Below are positions 48,163-50,161 of a stretch of 50,161 bases of DNA, in pieces. Made by a program: the position numbers and the translations under genes. Source of the DNA: Candidatus Sumerlaeota bacterium (GTDB taxonomy: Bacteria; Sumerlaeota; Sumerlaeia; JADFCW01). Each line of letters starts with the position of its first letter. Position 1 is the first letter of the stretch. Below the pieces are notes generated by a model. That model was not told where the DNA came from, made no database searches, and saw only the letters and a program-made list of their open reading frames with translations. The DNA is taken from contig JADFCW010000007.1 in NCBI GenBank assembly GCA_017161705.1, positions 1-50,161 on the forward strand, given 5' to 3'.

Positions 48163-48525
48163 TTATGCTTTCGAGTAAAGCCCCTTGCCATTTTTTTTCA
48201 GAAGACCCAATGCGACCCATTTGTCGAGAGTTCTCGCGACAGCGCGGCCGTCCACTTTCATTAATTGCTCGAGGGACTGGGGGCCTTTTTCGAGCGCGCC
48301 GAGAACCTTTTCCTTCAGGCCGATGAATTTGCGTGCCCGGCGTTGCTGTTTGGCCCGAACCGCCGGTTTCGCCGCCGCTTTGCCTTTCGAGGCAGGTTTT
48401 CCACCCAGCAGCAGCTTCAGCCGGTTCACACTTTCGCCGATCTTCTGAATTTCCGCCCGAACCGAGGGCAACACTTGGGCTGCCCGCTGCAGCTCCGCAA
48501 TCTGTTCTGCAAGTGTTTTGGCCAT
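48163..48525 (-). CDS. Small basic protein: coiled-coil N-terminus, Lys/Ala linker, winged-helix-like C-terminus
   Basis: Strong AAAGGAGG SD; LKEKVLGALEKGPQSLEQL...RTLDKWVALGLLKKNGKGLYS. Confidence 0.8.
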   Translation of the reverse strand: MAKTLAEQIAELQRAAQVLPSVRAEIQKIGESVNRLKLLLGGKPASKGKAAAKPAVRAKQQRRARKFIGLKEKVLGALEKGPQSLEQLMKVDGRAVARTLDKWVALGLLKKNGKGLYSKA

Positions 48526-48848
48526 GTGATCCTCCTTTGATTGATCTGCAATCTTCGGAATTCAACTCAGAAGAAGAAAGGAGTAGATTTGCCGTCAAGC
48601 GAAAAAGAGGGAAAACAACGGTTCCGCAAAGGGGCAACGAACCCCAGGAAGACTTTTGCGGCTTCGGCAAAAAGTCATCGTGCCAATTTGATTTGAGGCA
48701 CCCTACGAGTGCCAGACTGCCAAGCTGCAAAAGCTGAATGTTCAGGCCGGGGTTGACGGACTTTCCATTTCGCCGTTACGTTACCTTTGTTCGAGGCGCT
48801 CTTCGGCCGAAGGTGTGTGATTCAAATCATCTGACGGGGTATCCGCGA

Positions 48849-49463
48849 ATGAATCCCGCGGCTGGGTTCACTCCTCTTACGCGCCGGTTCTTTTCACGTC
48901 GTGCCGACGTGGTCGCTCCTGAGCTTCTGGGCAAACTGCTCGTTCGTCGTTTGGACAGCGGAACCGTGCTGGTCGGACGGATCGTGGAAACCGAGGCCTA
49001 TCTTGGTCCCGAAGATCCGGCGAGCCATTCAATCCGGCGCAAGAATGCCGCTGCACAGCACATCTGGGGTCCGCCCGGATTTGCCTATATTTACCTTTGC
49101 ATGGGCATGTACTACTGCCTCAATGTCGTTGTCGAACGCGAAGGGCGAGGCGGCTGTGTGCTCCTGCGCGCCGTCGAGCCGCTGGCTGGTGTTGAAATGA
49201 TGCGGATGCACAGACCCCACGCGCGCACCGACCGCGATTTGTGCAGCGGACCTGGAAAACTCTGCCAAGCCTTTGCAATCTCCGCCGAATGGAACAAAGC
49301 TGACATGACCGCCAGCAACCTGATTATTGCCGAAGGGGAAAAAATCAAATTCGACATAGAGATTTCGCCGCGAATCGGCATCAGCGAGGCGGTGGACTGG
49401 CCTCTGCGCTTTTTTATCGCGAATAACCCCTATGTTTCGCATCGAAGAGAACGCGGGCGATGA
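48849..49463 (+). CDS. mpg: DNA-3-methyladenine glycosylase (MPG/Aag family)
   Basis: ELLGKLLV, GRIVETEAYLG, YIYLCMGMYYCLNVV, LLRAVEP, SGPGKLCQA, SPRIGIS. Confidence 0.93.
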   Translation: MNPAAGFTPLTRRFFSRRADVVAPELLGKLLVRRLDSGTVLVGRIVETEAYLGPEDPASHSIRRKNAAAQHIWGPPGFAYIYLCMGMYYCLNVVVEREGRGGCVLLRAVEPLAGVEMMRMHRPHARTDRDLCSGPGKLCQAFAISAEWNKADMTASNLIIAEGEKIKFDIEISPRIGISEAVDWPLRFFIANNPYVSHRRERGR

Positions 49464-50043
49464 AACAGGCGACCCAGAGAAGCGCGCGGTTTGGGATTAC
49501 ATAGCGAATACCCGGTTAGGCGTGCCGGCGTCCGAAAAGCAAACAAATATTGTTCGCAAGCGCACTTTTTCCTGGCTACCGACTCCAAAGATTATAATAT
49601 GTGCGCTATCTCAGGCGGAAATTTTCATGCCTCATCGGTTTTCCGCGAAGAAACCGAGCCTTCAGGTCGAACGCTTGCGACCCGTCATACTCTTGTTCGA
49701 ATTATAATCACTCATCAAAAATGGTCAGATTCTTGCACACAAGAGCATGGGGAGGTGTTTTGGCTATAATTGTAAAAAATTCGATAGGTTTTGTGAAACC
49801 AGTCCAGTAACCCTCTCGAGGGTCAAAAAAGACGCTCCAGGCAGATAAAGACCTCAAAAAAGCACAGCTGCAGGAAAAGGAAATAAACCTTTTTACAAAC
49901 GAAGGAGTCTTACTGATTGTGTGATAGGGAACAAAGGGATAAATTTCGATTCTTCAAACAGTCCTGAAGTTTTGGGCGACTGACGATAAGGAAAGGCCTT
50001 GATGGTGGCGGCATATTTGGCCGCGCTTCAGGTAGGTTGAGCC

Positions 50044-50161
50044 ATGACAGGGAAAGAGCTGGGCGACATTCTGGTGAAAAAAGGTCTGGTTCGCGCGGAC
50101 CAGGTGGATGCGGCGCTTCGGCTGCAAAAGGAATCCGGCGAGCCTCTGGGCAAAGTGTTAT
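50044..50161 (+). CDS. N-terminus of an MshEN-domain protein (PilB/GspE-type ATPase likely), truncated by window edge
   Basis: MTGKELGDILVKKGLVRADQVDAALRLQKESGEPLGKVL matches the xLGxxLxxxGLxxxxQxxxALxxQ repeat. Confidence 0.75.
   Translation, partial: MTGKELGDILVKKGLVRADQVDAALRLQKESGEPLGKVL

Overview
GC-rich bacterial chromosomal window with no phage, integrase, transposase or CRISPR array. The lineage is probably Candidatus Sumerlaeota/BRC1 or a relative; this is inferred from the stand-alone AFTLIE-type prepilin protein, the GT-C membrane proteins and the repeat families. Left arm (1-21 kb): M50 peptidase, deoxyhypusine-synthase-like protein, TMTC-like TPR glycosyltransferase, argF, nagA, a receiver protein, pcrA/uvrD, a membrane-fused spermidine-synthase-like protein, a YfhO-like protein, iorBA and system II cytochrome c maturation genes (resB, ccsA). 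Centre (21-40 kb): tuf, an unknown 114-aa ORF, the complete S10-spc-alpha ribosomal cluster and tRNA-Val(CAC). Right arm: PerR-like regulator plus di-haem cytochrome c, nitrilase-family hydrolase, prepilin-type protein, nucleoside MFS transporter, amidohydrolase, a small basic wHTH protein, 3-methyladenine glycosylase and the start of an MshEN-domain protein. The main unexplained signals are: (i) a structured ~280-nt leader upstream of tuf with a box C/D-like kink-turn, a possible Sm/Hfq-fold ORF between tuf and rpsJ, and a second structured leader before rpsJ; (ii) 9-bp-period GTCCGACYY minisatellites in ribosomal-operon spacers and in frame inside coding regions; (iii) two ~175-190-nt rod-like intergenic RNA candidates; (iv) a REP-doublet element in three copies; (v) a Rok/H-NS-like nucleoid protein candidate. 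All structures were paired by eye and no searches were run.
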